In this document: positions 45,876-55,704 of the stretch, one piece after another
Layout: each line of letters opens with the position of its first letter
Position numbering within the stretch: the stretch's first letter is position 1
Origin: Gammaproteobacteria bacterium
GTDB taxonomy: Bacteria; Pseudomonadota; Gammaproteobacteria; Ga0077536
DNA length: 64,000 bases
Assembly (NCBI GenBank): GCA_016209015.1
Contig: JACQWY010000028.1
Coordinates: forward strand, 13,356 to 77,355
Direction: 5' to 3'
Position numbers and translations under genes: made by a program
Notes under the pieces: generated by a model
What the model was told of the DNA's origin: nothing
Database searches by the model: none
The model's input: the letters and a program-made list of their open reading frames with translations, nothing else

Positions 45876-46090
45876 GCGTGCTCGGCCCCGAAGATTTCGA
45901 CTCTCGAACCTGGCGCAAGCTGCGCGAGCACCTAAATGCACGGCTCGTCGCGCTGCGCACACGTAACGACATCGACCAGCCCGCCGAGAAGACCGCGAGT
46001 CTCCGCGGGCGCATCTCCCAGATCAAGGAATTGCTGGCGCTCGAACGAGCTCCAGACCCGGAGACGGCCGAGGAAACTCCGTCGTCGTAG
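45872..46090 (+). CDS. small conserved head-region protein
   Basis: TWRKL...RL..LRTRND...TASLRGRI..IKELLAL. Confidence 0.7.
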   Translation: MSVLGPEDFDSRTWRKLREHLNARLVALRTRNDIDQPAEKTASLRGRISQIKELLALERAPDPETAEETPSS

Positions 46091-46124
46091 CGCCCCTCGG
46101 GGCACCCCGCCAATGAGGTAACCG

Positions 46125-47012
46125 ATGAGCACCAGTGAGCAACAGCAGGATGACGCTGCCGCCCAGGCCGCAGCATTAGAGAAGGCACGCGACGAAGAAG
46201 AGCAGGCGTTCAACGAGGGTTTCGCGAGCGTCATGGGCCTCGGGCCCGAGCCGCCGCGCGCACCCGAGCCAGCGCCGAAGGTCGAAGATCCGAAGCCCGA
46301 AGAGGGCACGACCGAAGACACCCGGGAAGACGCCAAGACCGAAGCCGATGAGGGCGCCGCTGATGAGCCGCGCACACTCACGATGGACGAGGTCACGGAA
46401 TTCATCACTCGGGAGCTCGACACCCGCGACGCGCGCCACGCTGAAGAAATCCGCAAGCTCCACGGAAAATACGGAAGCCTCCACGGTTCGTTGAAGAAGC
46501 TCCGCGACATCCCTGTACTGACGCGAGAGCACCTGTCCGATCTGACCCACGAGTACCCCGAAGTCGGGGAATTGCTCGGCAAGAAACTCCCGGAGTCGTA
46601 CACGCCGCCCGAGTTGCCCGCTGATGCCGGCAACGACGAACCCGCGCCGGTGACGCCTCAGGTCGAGTCCGACGATCAACAGGAGCGCTATCTCGATCGG
46701 TTCTGCAAGGGTTGGCGCGACAAGATCGTGTCGGGCGACTGGGCTCAATGGGTCTCCACGCTGTCGCCCAAAGAGCGCGACGCGATGGAGAAGAGCGATG
46801 ACGCGATCTTCGTCGCGGATTCCGTAGAGCGGTTCGACAAGTGGGCCAAGCAACGCGCCAAGAAGGCGGCGGAACAGCAACAGCGGCAAGAGCGCCTCGA
46901 GCGCGCAGCCCCGGCCACTACGGGGCAGTCCGCACCCAACCCAATCGAAGACGAAGAGGCCGCGATGGCTGCTGGATTCCAATCGGTCTACGGCAGACGC
47001 GCCCCTTCCTAG
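46125..47012 (+). CDS. scaffolding protein
   Basis: acidic/helical, between portal and capsid; EQAFNEGF...AAGF. Confidence 0.7.
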   Translation: MSTSEQQQDDAAAQAAALEKARDEEEQAFNEGFASVMGLGPEPPRAPEPAPKVEDPKPEEGTTEDTREDAKTEADEGAADEPRTLTMDEVTEFITRELDTRDARHAEEIRKLHGKYGSLHGSLKKLRDIPVLTREHLSDLTHEYPEVGELLGKKLPESYTPPELPADAGNDEPAPVTPQVESDDQQERYLDRFCKGWRDKIVSGDWAQWVSTLSPKERDAMEKSDDAIFVADSVERFDKWAKQRAKKAAEQQQRQERLERAAPATTGQSAPNPIEDEEAAMAAGFQSVYGRRAPS

Positions 47013-47021
47013 GAGTAAGTC

Positions 47022-48059
47022 ATGCAGACGTATCAAGCTACTTCCCAGCGAATCGGCAAGCTCAAGGGTGAGCTGCTCGCGCACGCGATGCACAAGGAAG
47101 TCATGGGCATCACCGGCCAGCAGAAGAAGATGCCGGGGGGCGGCGGCGACACCATCATCTACCGTCGCTGGCTGCCGTTCGGCGCATCGATCACCGATTT
47201 CAACACCATCAACCGCCCCGCCGCCGTCGCGGCCGCGCACATCCTCGAGGAAGGCGTGACGCCGACCCCGGACACGATGACCCCGCAGGATGTCAGCGTC
47301 GCCATGCAGCAGTACGGCTGCCTCTACGAGTTCAGCGACAAGCTCGTCGATCTCAACGAGGACGACGTGCCGGCGCAGATGAAGCAGCAGGTCGGCGAGC
47401 GCATGGGTCTCGTGCGCGAGATGATCCGCTACGGCATCCTCAAGGCGGGCACCAACGCCTACTACGCCGGTGGCTCGTCGCGCTCCACGGTCGCCGCGGC
47501 GGTTACGCTGAACTTGCTCCGCAAGATTACGCGCAACCTCAAGTCGAACCACGCCAACATGATCACGCAGGTGCTCGCCCCGTCGACGAACTTCGCGACG
47601 ACGCCGGTCGAGGCCGCGTGGCTCGTGTTCTGCCACTCCGACTGCGAGGCCGACATCCGCGAGCTCCCTGGCTTCAAGCACACGGCCGAGTACGGTACGC
47701 GCAAGCCCGTCCACGATCTCGAGATCGGCTCGTGCGAGTCGTTCCGGTTCGTCATGTCGCCGGAGCTCGCGCCCTATGCGCACGCCGGCGCGGCGGTCGG
47801 CACGACGGGCCTCTACTCGAGCAACGCCACGAACATCGACGTCTACCCGATGATCGTCGTCGCCGAGGACGCGTGGGGCCAGGTCGCGCTGCGCGGCGTC
47901 AACTCCATCGATCCGACCTACATCCCGGTCGGCCAGAAGGACAAGACCGATCCGCTCGGCCAGCGTGGCTACGCGGGCGCGAAGTTCTATCAGGCGGCGG
48001 TCATTCTCAACCAGGGGTGGATGGCGGTCGCGGAAGTCGGGATCACCGATCTGGGCTGA
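47022..48059 (+). CDS. major capsid protein, N4-gp56 family
   Basis: TIIYRRW, EGVTP, EIGSCESFRF, DKTDPLGQRGY. Confidence 0.9.
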   Translation: MQTYQATSQRIGKLKGELLAHAMHKEVMGITGQQKKMPGGGGDTIIYRRWLPFGASITDFNTINRPAAVAAAHILEEGVTPTPDTMTPQDVSVAMQQYGCLYEFSDKLVDLNEDDVPAQMKQQVGERMGLVREMIRYGILKAGTNAYYAGGSSRSTVAAAVTLNLLRKITRNLKSNHANMITQVLAPSTNFATTPVEAAWLVFCHSDCEADIRELPGFKHTAEYGTRKPVHDLEIGSCESFRFVMSPELAPYAHAGAAVGTTGLYSSNATNIDVYPMIVVAEDAWGQVALRGVNSIDPTYIPVGQKDKTDPLGQRGYAGAKFYQAAVILNQGWMAVAEVGITDLG

Positions 48060-48135
48060 TCACTCGTCGTGAACACTGGGGCGCCTTCGGGCGCCCGTTT
48101 ATTTAGCTGACCCACAAAGAGAGAGGAAAGCAACC

Positions 48136-48606
48136 ATGCACGCAACCGAAACTCGTGAACGCGGCGGCACGCGCTGCCTGAGCAAGGCAGGGCTCGCCGA
48201 GGGCACCAACGCGAACACCATCAAGACCGCGGCCCCGAACGGCGCCGGCACCGACTACGCGATCTACGGCTACGCCTATCACAAGGCCGACACCGACAAC
48301 ATCGCGATGAACGCGCTCGCCGTACAGGCGGTCGCGACGAAGTGTCTCTACTGCATCCAGGCGGACACCGGCGGGACCGTCACGCTCGTCAAAGGCGACG
48401 AGGTCCTGACCGCCGATCTGTCGGCCGGCAAGACCGTGCTGCACTGGCCGCTCCCCGCGGCCGGTCAGTGCGCTCTCGGCTTCCTGAAGGTCGAGACCGA
48501 CGCCACGCACACGTTCACGTCAGGCACCACGGATCTGAGCGCGGCCGGTATCACCGCGACGTTCTACGACGTCATGGGGATCCCGACGGCGGGCCTCCAG
48601 TCCTGA
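48136..48606 (+). CDS. putative capsid decoration protein
   Basis: directly after capsid gene, strong RBS, beta-rich. Confidence 0.6.
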   Translation: MHATETRERGGTRCLSKAGLAEGTNANTIKTAAPNGAGTDYAIYGYAYHKADTDNIAMNALAVQAVATKCLYCIQADTGGTVTLVKGDEVLTADLSAGKTVLHWPLPAAGQCALGFLKVETDATHTFTSGTTDLSAAGITATFYDVMGIPTAGLQS

Positions 48607-48666
48607 TCTGAACGCAACCGACGCGAGAGGGCCCTTCGGGGCCCTTATCGCTTTAAGGAGATCACC

Positions 48667-49218
48667 ATGATTCTGCCCTGGTTCAAAACGCTCGATCTGA
48701 GCGTCACGAAGATCCTCCGACTCAAGAAGACCGCAGTCATCGACGTCGACGGAACCATCCTCAGCGTCGCCGAACTGAAGAAACTCGACGTGAACTCGAG
48801 AATCGTCGTGCTCGACGCCAACACGACCCTCAGCAAGGACGCCCACGACAACAAGGTGCTCGTGCTCAACTCGGCTTCGGCGCGCACCCACACGCTGCCG
48901 GCGGCGACGGGCAGCGGCGCGCGCTTCCAGTTCATCGTCGGCGCAGTCAACACGTCGGGCTACGTCATCCAGGTCACGGGAGACGACACCATCGACGGCG
49001 TGCTGCTCAACGTCGACACCGACACGTCTGGCGCGCTCCGCGGCTTCACGCCGTCGGCCGCCGACGACACGGTCACGCTCAACGGCACGACGCAGGGCGG
49101 CGCCTCGATCGGCGACGTCATGACGTTCGTCGACATCGCCGCCGATCAGTGGGCGATCGACGGCCGCGTCTCGGCAACCGGCTCGCCGGCGACCCCGTTC
49201 AGCTCCGCCGTGACCTGA
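48667..49218 (+). CDS. virion structural protein
   Basis: TLPAATGSG.RFQF...TLNGTT.GG. Confidence 0.65.
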   Translation: MILPWFKTLDLSVTKILRLKKTAVIDVDGTILSVAELKKLDVNSRIVVLDANTTLSKDAHDNKVLVLNSASARTHTLPAATGSGARFQFIVGAVNTSGYVIQVTGDDTIDGVLLNVDTDTSGALRGFTPSAADDTVTLNGTTQGGASIGDVMTFVDIAADQWAIDGRVSATGSPATPFSSAVT

Positions 49219-49244
49219 TTCACCAGCGCTACCTACTAACTCAC

Positions 49245-49269
49245 AGGGCCCTTCGGGGCCCTTTTTTTT
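49245..49269 (+). terminator. intrinsic terminator
   Basis: AGGGCCC-TTCG-GGGCCCT-TTTTTTT. Confidence 0.85.
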
Positions 49270-49278
49270 GGAGATCCC

Positions 49279-49767
49279 ATGGCCACGAAGAATCACAACC
49301 GTCCCCGGAAACCCATTCGCACGCTCGAGATGGACGTCGGTCAGGAAGGCATCGCACAGATCAGCCTCTCCGGCGCCGCCAGCATCGAGCGTTCCGACAT
49401 CGAAATCGTCGACGGCCCGGACGCGCTCAAGCACGCCGAGGAGCTGGCGTTCATGGAAGAGGAAGTCGTGATCAACATTCACGAGACCGACGATCCGAAC
49501 GCCGAGCCCTATGTCCAGGTCGGCTCCAACGGAAAGATCATCTACATCACGCGCGGCGAGGACGTCATCATCAAGCGCAAGTACCTCGAGCGTCTCGCGC
49601 GAGCGAAGCGCGTCGGCTACCAGCAGAAGCACCTCAACTCGTCGGACCCCCTGAAGTACAACCGGCTCGACATGAAGACCGCGCTTCAGTATCCGTTCGA
49701 GCTCAAGGAAGACCTCAACCCGCGCGGCCGCGACTGGCTCGTGAAGATCCTGAAAGAGGCGGCGTAA
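49279..49767 (+). CDS. conserved phage protein
   Basis: ELAFMEEEV...VGSNG...KRKYLERLARAK...NPRGRDWL. Confidence 0.7.
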   Translation: MATKNHNRPRKPIRTLEMDVGQEGIAQISLSGAASIERSDIEIVDGPDALKHAEELAFMEEEVVINIHETDDPNAEPYVQVGSNGKIIYITRGEDVIIKRKYLERLARAKRVGYQQKHLNSSDPLKYNRLDMKTALQYPFELKEDLNPRGRDWLVKILKEAA

Positions 49768-49768
49768 C

Positions 49769-50431
49769 GTGAAGCTCGTCAGCCTCATTGCCCAGTGGCG
49801 CGCCGACGTCGATGACGCACAGCAACCGTTCCTCTGGTCCGAGGCGTCGGTGCTCAACTGGTTCAATGAGGCTGAACAGGAGGCGTGCCGTCGCGCGGAG
49901 CTGATCGTCGATTCGTCCACGGCCGAGATCTGCACGCTCCAGGTCACGGCCAATAACCCGTGGGTGGCCTACGATCCGCGCATCGTGCGCGTGCTCCGGG
50001 CCCGTCCCGTTGGGCATGTCGGGATCGGCGTCCTCACGATGGCCGAGATGGATGAGCGCCCGAACTGGGAAGACGAGACCGGAACCGTGCTGAAAGCGCT
50101 CGTCACCGACATGGAGACCGGGAAGTTCCGGTGCTGGCCGACGCTGACCGCCAACACCACGATCGCGATCACGGCCTCGCGGCTGCCGCTCGCCGACATG
50201 GACGACAGCGTGAACGCCGAGCCGGAGATCCGCGCGGAGTATCACCTGAAGCTGCTCGACTGGGTGAAGTGGCGGGCCTACAGCGTGGACGACGTCGATG
50301 GGACAGATCCCGCGAAGGCCAGGGCCGCGCTGAAGCGCTTCGAAGCCGAATTCGGAACGGCCTCGGCGCTGCTCGACGCGTGGTTGCGCCGCTACGGAAA
50401 CCGTGAATTCGTCGGCGGGAGCTTCGCCTGA
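49769..50431 (+). CDS. head-tail adaptor
   Basis: PFLWS...WFNEAEQEACRR...PEI...YH.KLLDWVKWRAY. Confidence 0.7.
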   Translation: MKLVSLIAQWRADVDDAQQPFLWSEASVLNWFNEAEQEACRRAELIVDSSTAEICTLQVTANNPWVAYDPRIVRVLRARPVGHVGIGVLTMAEMDERPNWEDETGTVLKALVTDMETGKFRCWPTLTANTTIAITASRLPLADMDDSVNAEPEIRAEYHLKLLDWVKWRAYSVDDVDGTDPAKARAALKRFEAEFGTASALLDAWLRRYGNREFVGGSFA

Positions 50432-51606
50432 TGGCGCGCATCGGCCCGTTCGCCGGCATCGACAACGTCACGGCCCGCGAGCTTCTGAAACCCGACCATC
50501 TACAGGCGGGTGTGAACGTAGACGTGATGGACTCGAAGCGCGTGAAGCGCCGCGTCGGCCGCGCGACGTTCTCGGCGGGTGGCGCGGACTCGCTCTACGT
50601 GCACGATGGCGTGTTCGTGTTCCGGCGCGGCACCGAGCTCCGGCGCATGCGCCCCAGCGGGCAGAGCGACGTCATCGCCTCTGGACTCGCGCGGCGCCCG
50701 TGTTACTGGGGTGTCAAAGACCGCATCTACTGGAGCGACGGGCTGCAGACAGGCGTCATCGTGCGTGGTCTAAACGAGGCCTGGGGCATCGCCCCGCCGC
50801 CGACGCAACCCGACTACGCCGCGGCGCCGGGCGGTAACCTGCCGCGCGCGAGCTACCGCTACGCGCTGACGTTCGAGCGCGATGGCCAGGAGTCGGGGAC
50901 CGGGCCGGCGCGCGACACCGCGGAGATCGAGGGCGCGATCACGTTCTCCAACATCGCCGTCCCGACCGGCGCAGATTGCAAGCACCTGTATCTCTCATAC
51001 CCGGACGGCCGCAGGCTACATCGCCTGATGACACTCGCGCCCGGCACCACGACGGCCACCTATGCGGGCACCGCGGCCGCACTCGGCGCGCCCCTCGAGA
51101 CGCAATTCATGCAGCCGCCGCCGGCCGGCAGTGCGATTGCCGAGCACCACGGGCGTATGCTCGTCGCGATCGGCGAGTTCCTGCTCTTCTCGCCGCCGTA
51201 CCGCGGCTATCTATTCGACCCCGTGCACATGAATTACCGCTTCGGGTCGCGGATCACGATGGTTGCGCCGGTCGAAGGCGGCGTCTATGTCGGCACCGAG
51301 AAGACCATCGAGTTCCTGGCCGGCGACGACATCGCCACCGCGACGCGCTACGAGAAAGCCGCGTACGGCGCCGTCGAAGGCACGCTCGACTATGTGAGCG
51401 CCGATCAACTCGGCGTCGTCTCGCTCCCCGGCAAGGTCGCGCTCTTCGCCGCCCAGGCGGGGATCTGCGTCGGCGGGATCGGCGGCGCTTTCCACAACCT
51501 GACGACGGGACGATACGCGTACCCAGTGGCGTCGCGCGGGGCCGCGCGGGTCATTCAGGAAGAGAACGCGACGCGCCTCGTCATCGCAATGCGAGGGATT
51601 TCATGA
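50431..51606 (+). CDS. tail nozzle-like protein (podovirus type)
   Basis: FAGIDN...NVD; beta-propeller-like; follows adaptor. Confidence 0.6.
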   Translation: MARIGPFAGIDNVTARELLKPDHLQAGVNVDVMDSKRVKRRVGRATFSAGGADSLYVHDGVFVFRRGTELRRMRPSGQSDVIASGLARRPCYWGVKDRIYWSDGLQTGVIVRGLNEAWGIAPPPTQPDYAAAPGGNLPRASYRYALTFERDGQESGTGPARDTAEIEGAITFSNIAVPTGADCKHLYLSYPDGRRLHRLMTLAPGTTTATYAGTAAALGAPLETQFMQPPPAGSAIAEHHGRMLVAIGEFLLFSPPYRGYLFDPVHMNYRFGSRITMVAPVEGGVYVGTEKTIEFLAGDDIATATRYEKAAYGAVEGTLDYVSADQLGVVSLPGKVALFAAQAGICVGGIGGAFHNLTTGRYAYPVASRGAARVIQEENATRLVIAMRGIS

Positions 51607-51860
51607 TGTCCGCACTCATCCTCCCGTCCGCCGGCACGCAAGCAGTCTTCGCGCCGCGCCTTGAGGCTTCCGGCACGGTGAAGACGCTGAAGCACCGTGT
51701 CGCCGAAGTCCCGGTCACCGACGGCCTAGTCAACGTGCTCGACCTGCCGGCGCCGCTCATCGAACCCTTCGGGCGATTCATGCGCAAGCGGGTCCCGGCC
51801 GGCACGTTCCGCGTGAAGCTCGAGCACTGGCAGGAGTTCTGCGCAACGCTCGGCCTCTGA
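51603..51860 (+). CDS. phage hypothetical protein
   Basis: ATGA-coupled. Confidence 0.5.
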   Translation: MMSALILPSAGTQAVFAPRLEASGTVKTLKHRVAEVPVTDGLVNVLDLPAPLIEPFGRFMRKRVPAGTFRVKLEHWQEFCATLGL

Positions 51861-51878
51861 GCCACCCCATTCCCCACC

Positions 51879-51901
51879 AACCCGCTTCGGCGGGTTTTTT
51901 T
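51879..51901 (+). terminator. intrinsic terminator
   Basis: AACCCGC-TTCG-GCGGGTT-TTTTT. Confidence 0.8.
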
Positions 51902-51918
51902 ATGCCTGGAGAAAACCG

Positions 51919-52368
51919 ATGTCACTGAATCGATCGACCGGCCTGCGCAACAAGCTGCTCGACACCGGAAGTTTCAAGAGCGTGATGAACTTGTGTTTCA
52001 TCAACATCTATTCCGGGGCGCGCCCGGCGAGCGCCGACGACGCGGTGCCGGGCGGCTGCGTGCTGCTCGCCGTGATCTCCGATAACGGCGGCGGCAGCGG
52101 GCTCAACTGGGATGCCGCGGCGGCGGCCGGCGCACTGCTCAAGAGCCAGACCCAGACGTGGTCCGAGGATTCGATTCTGGCCGACGGCACCGCAGGCTGG
52201 TTCCGGATTTACGAGGCCACCGACACGCCGGCTGGCGCGAGCACGACCAAGGCGCGCGCCGACGGCACCATCGGCACGTCGGGGGCGGATCTCAATCTCT
52301 CGAGCGTCAATCTCACCGCCGGCACTCCGCTGACGCTGAGCAACGCCAGTCAGTTCACGATGTCTTGA
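51919..52368 (+). CDS. small beta-rich fibre subunit
   Basis: STGLRN...IYSGARPASADDA...GTAGWFR...DGTIGTSGADLNL. Confidence 0.7.
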   Translation: MSLNRSTGLRNKLLDTGSFKSVMNLCFINIYSGARPASADDAVPGGCVLLAVISDNGGGSGLNWDAAAAAGALLKSQTQTWSEDSILADGTAGWFRIYEATDTPAGASTTKARADGTIGTSGADLNLSSVNLTAGTPLTLSNASQFTMS

Positions 52369-52378
52369 GGACCACTCC

Positions 52379-52819
52379 ATGAGCAATCTGAGTCTTTCCA
52401 CCGGCTTTCGCAACGCACTGCTCGACGCAGGGCTGTTGCCCCTTTTCGACAACGGCTTCCTCGACATCTACTCGGGCACGATCCCGACCGACGCGAATCA
52501 GAGCGAGGGCGCGGGCACACTGCTTGCGAGCGTCGTCCTGCCCGCCTCGGCGCTCGCGGCCGCGGCGTCCGGCGGATCGGTCTCCAAGGACAGCGGCGCC
52601 TGGACCGAGCCCGATGCGAACGCGGGAGGCACGGCCGCGTGGTTCCGCCTCTACGACTCAGCCCACACGACTGGTGCGAGCACGACCGCGGTCCGCGTCG
52701 ACGGCGAGGTCACGCTGTCCGGCGGCGGCGGGGATCTCATCCTGACCACGCTCACCATCGCGCTCCACGACTCGCTCACCATCGATACGTTCTCGTTCTC
52801 GATTCCGTTGAGCGCGTAA
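52379..52819 (+). CDS. small beta-rich fibre subunit (paralogue)
   Basis: STGFRN...IYSGTIP...GTAAWFR...DG.V...GGDL. Confidence 0.7.
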   Translation: MSNLSLSTGFRNALLDAGLLPLFDNGFLDIYSGTIPTDANQSEGAGTLLASVVLPASALAAAASGGSVSKDSGAWTEPDANAGGTAAWFRLYDSAHTTGASTTAVRVDGEVTLSGGGGDLILTTLTIALHDSLTIDTFSFSIPLSA

Positions 52820-52822
52820 CCC

Positions 52823-54448
52823 ATGTCCGGAGCCGCCTGGAATCCATCCGACAAGCATTCGTCAATCACCCTGACGAATGCAAATCGGACGGCCGAGAAC
52901 ACGTCCGGGCTCAGTGGGATCCGATCGGTACGTGCCGATCAGTTCATGTCGTCCGGGAAGTTCTATTTCGAGTTCGTCGTCGATCAGGCGGGCGCGGGGT
53001 CTCCCGAGTGGTACGCGGGTATCGACGACGGCACGCTGAACCTGGCGAACGTCCTCGGCAGTACGGCAGGCGGCTACGGTATTCGGGGTTGGACCGGGCA
53101 GAAGATCCACAACGGCAGCACGACGGCGTACGGCTCGGCGTTCGCGACGGGCGACGTCGTTGGCGTGGCCGTCGACTTCTCGGCCGGAGCGATCTGGTTC
53201 TCGAAGAACGGCACGTGGTTCAACAGCGCGACGATCTCCGAAATCCAGGCGGGCACGACGACGCACGCCGCCTACACGGGGATCTCCGGCTCGTTCACGC
53301 CGGCATGGTCGGCGAACGACTCGACGACGGCGCCCAAGACCACGCTGCGCACCGAGGCCGCGCAGCTCACGGGTAGCGTACCGTCCGGCTTCACGGCCGG
53401 CTGGCCGCTTCCGACGCACGGTGACGGCGCGGCGGGCATCCCGGTCGCGGCCGCCGGCACGGGCAACGTGCAGCCGGTCCACGTCACCGGCGGAGCGGGG
53501 GTGCCACTGGCGATTGTGGCGACCGGCTACGTACTGCCGATCCATGGCGATGCCGCGCTCACGGTGCCGCTCGCGCCGAGCGGCACGGCCTCGCTGCCCG
53601 GCAAGGGCCAGGGCGCTGTCACGCTGATGCCGAGCCTCGTGGCGACCGGCGCGGTATCTCGCGCAGGATCCACCGACGCCGCCATGGAGGGCCCCGAGGC
53701 GCTGCTCTTCGGTGTCATCAGCATCGGCGGAACGGTAGATGCCGCGCTCGGCGTGCTCGGCGCGGCCTGTGAGGCCACCATCCCGGTGACAGGCGGCATC
53801 GATGCCGAGCTCGGCGCCCTCGAGGCCGAGGCGAGCGGGGTTGTGACGGTCGTCGGCGTGATCAGCACGGCGCTCGGCGCGCTCGAGCCCGCGCTCGTCG
53901 GCTACGTTCCGATCACCGGCACGCTCGCCACGGAGCTCGCGGTCCTCGGCGCGTATCTGGTCGCCGACTGCGGAGATTCAGAGACTTGGCGCGTGGTCGT
54001 GATGAACCTCAAGCACGGCGGGATCAGCGAGTACGAGAGCTATCCCATGAATTCGATCGTCGAGTGGAACGGCACGTACTACGGTGCCGACGATTCTGGG
54101 ATCTACACGCTCGCCGGCGAGTTCGACGTCGCAGCCGACATCGATGCCGTGATCCGCACGGCCCGCCACGATTTCGGAACCGACATCACGAAGCGCGTCT
54201 CGGACGTCTACGTGCAGTGCAAGTCGGCCAAGAAACTCGTGCTCCGAATGCGGGACGGCGATCGGATCTGGGAATACCCGGTCCCCTCGGACGCTTACCC
54301 GGGCTTCGAATCCGTGAAGGTCGACACGGGCCGCGGGCTGCGCGTCCGCTACCACGAGTTCGAGCTCGCGAACTTCGAGGGCGCGGATTTCGAGACCGAC
54401 GGGTTCGACCTCGTCATCACGCCGATCGAGCGCCGCCGCAAGCGATGA
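52823..54448 (+). CDS. tail protein: SPRY domain, 21-aa repeats, C-terminal tail module
   Basis: WNPSDK...SGKFYFE...GDVVGVAVD...IWFSKNG; G..DA.LG.L repeats. Confidence 0.75.
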   Translation: MSGAAWNPSDKHSSITLTNANRTAENTSGLSGIRSVRADQFMSSGKFYFEFVVDQAGAGSPEWYAGIDDGTLNLANVLGSTAGGYGIRGWTGQKIHNGSTTAYGSAFATGDVVGVAVDFSAGAIWFSKNGTWFNSATISEIQAGTTTHAAYTGISGSFTPAWSANDSTTAPKTTLRTEAAQLTGSVPSGFTAGWPLPTHGDGAAGIPVAAAGTGNVQPVHVTGGAGVPLAIVATGYVLPIHGDAALTVPLAPSGTASLPGKGQGAVTLMPSLVATGAVSRAGSTDAAMEGPEALLFGVISIGGTVDAALGVLGAACEATIPVTGGIDAELGALEAEASGVVTVVGVISTALGALEPALVGYVPITGTLATELAVLGAYLVADCGDSETWRVVVMNLKHGGISEYESYPMNSIVEWNGTYYGADDSGIYTLAGEFDVAADIDAVIRTARHDFGTDITKRVSDVYVQCKSAKKLVLRMRDGDRIWEYPVPSDAYPGFESVKVDTGRGLRVRYHEFELANFEGADFETDGFDLVITPIERRRKR

Positions 54449-55695
54449 TCCCCCGCATTCGCACGCTGCTACTCGGCGACCAGACCGAGGCCGCGCGCTG
54501 GGTGCCGTTCGCGGCCGGCAAGCTCCGCGCGCTGCAGGCGATCATCGCGAAGGGGGTGCGGAAGGCCTGCGATCAGACCTTCCAGATTGGCGGGGTCTCG
54601 ATCGCGCTCCGCGCCGATGAGCACGGCGGGCGCATCGTGATCACGGCCGCCGCCGTCCTGGCGCGGTTACGCGTGCTCGTCGCGACGACCGATTCGACGT
54701 GGTCGCAGCTCGCAACGGCGCCGACGACGCTCGTTCCCCATTCGGCGGTCACCGTGCCGGCGCACGTCGCCAGCGACGGACTGAACACGATCGACTACCG
54801 GGAATTGCTCGGCGAGCTCAGTTACCGCACCGACGCGCTGCGCATGCGGCGCCACAATCCGGACGGGACCCTGGCCTGGGAGGAACGCGCGACCTCGAGG
54901 GACACGCCGTCGACGGGCATCACGACGGAATCCACGGCGAGCGCGGTGCGCGCCGCAGCCTATGCCGGGGCGCACGTCGTCTGGGACGAGATCGATTATC
55001 GAGAGTACTACTCGCCGATCATCGGCTGGCTGCGCGAAGCGCTGCCGTGCTACGTGCGGGCGAGCGCCGACACCGGCGTGGTCGATCTCCGCGTCGCGAC
55101 GGCCAGCGACGACTACTTCGACCCATCGCTCGGGATCTCGGTGTCGAAACGCTTCTTCCCTCTGTGCATCGCGGGGTACTTGGGCACGGACGGACTGTTC
55201 TTCGCCCTCGGCTATATGTACGAGGTCGCCGATCGCTCGACCCCCGACGGCCTGTTCACGCCGTGGGACATCGGCGGCTACTCCGGCGCCTTCGAGCTCC
55301 ACGCCGTCGACGCGGCTACCCTCGTCACCGTCGCGCGCGTCACGGTCGCGACGACCGACGGCGGGCAGGCCGTGCAGCTCATCGCCGACGAGCATGCCCT
55401 GCCGTATGTCGCAGACATCGACGCCGGAGGCCTGCTCGCCAGCGTGTTCGCGTACAGCCGCGCGCTCGAGCGCGTGCTGACCCGGGATTTCCTGCTCATC
55501 GGAGCGAGCCTCGATCCGCGAACTGGCGTGGCGGTGTGCGCCGACCAGGTCTACGCGAAAGCGGCCGGCGTGACGACGCTCTTCCGGTTCGTCCCGAATG
55601 TGACCCGTGCCGGCACCGTCGTCACCGATCTCGAACTATCCGCGGCGTCCTGGCCGGTCGACGGCCTGCTCGCGCTGTTGCCCACGAAGACCTGA
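54445..55695 (+). CDS. tail-associated protein
   Basis: ATGA-coupled, 416 aa. Confidence 0.6.
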   Translation: MIPRIRTLLLGDQTEAARWVPFAAGKLRALQAIIAKGVRKACDQTFQIGGVSIALRADEHGGRIVITAAAVLARLRVLVATTDSTWSQLATAPTTLVPHSAVTVPAHVASDGLNTIDYRELLGELSYRTDALRMRRHNPDGTLAWEERATSRDTPSTGITTESTASAVRAAAYAGAHVVWDEIDYREYYSPIIGWLREALPCYVRASADTGVVDLRVATASDDYFDPSLGISVSKRFFPLCIAGYLGTDGLFFALGYMYEVADRSTPDGLFTPWDIGGYSGAFELHAVDAATLVTVARVTVATTDGGQAVQLIADEHALPYVADIDAGGLLASVFAYSRALERVLTRDFLLIGASLDPRTGVAVCADQVYAKAAGVTTLFRFVPNVTRAGTVVTDLELSAASWPVDGLLALLPTKT

Positions 55696-55704
55696 GGACC
55701 CCCA

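Noticed and set aside
46176..49953. Long minus-strand ORFs (535 aa, 477 aa) over head genes
   Set aside because: Shadows of scaffold, capsid and decoration genes, which have RBSs and motifs on the plus strand
30771..55695. Diversity-generating retroelement targeting fibre genes
   Set aside because: No reverse transcriptase motif or template/variable repeat pair noticed in the window
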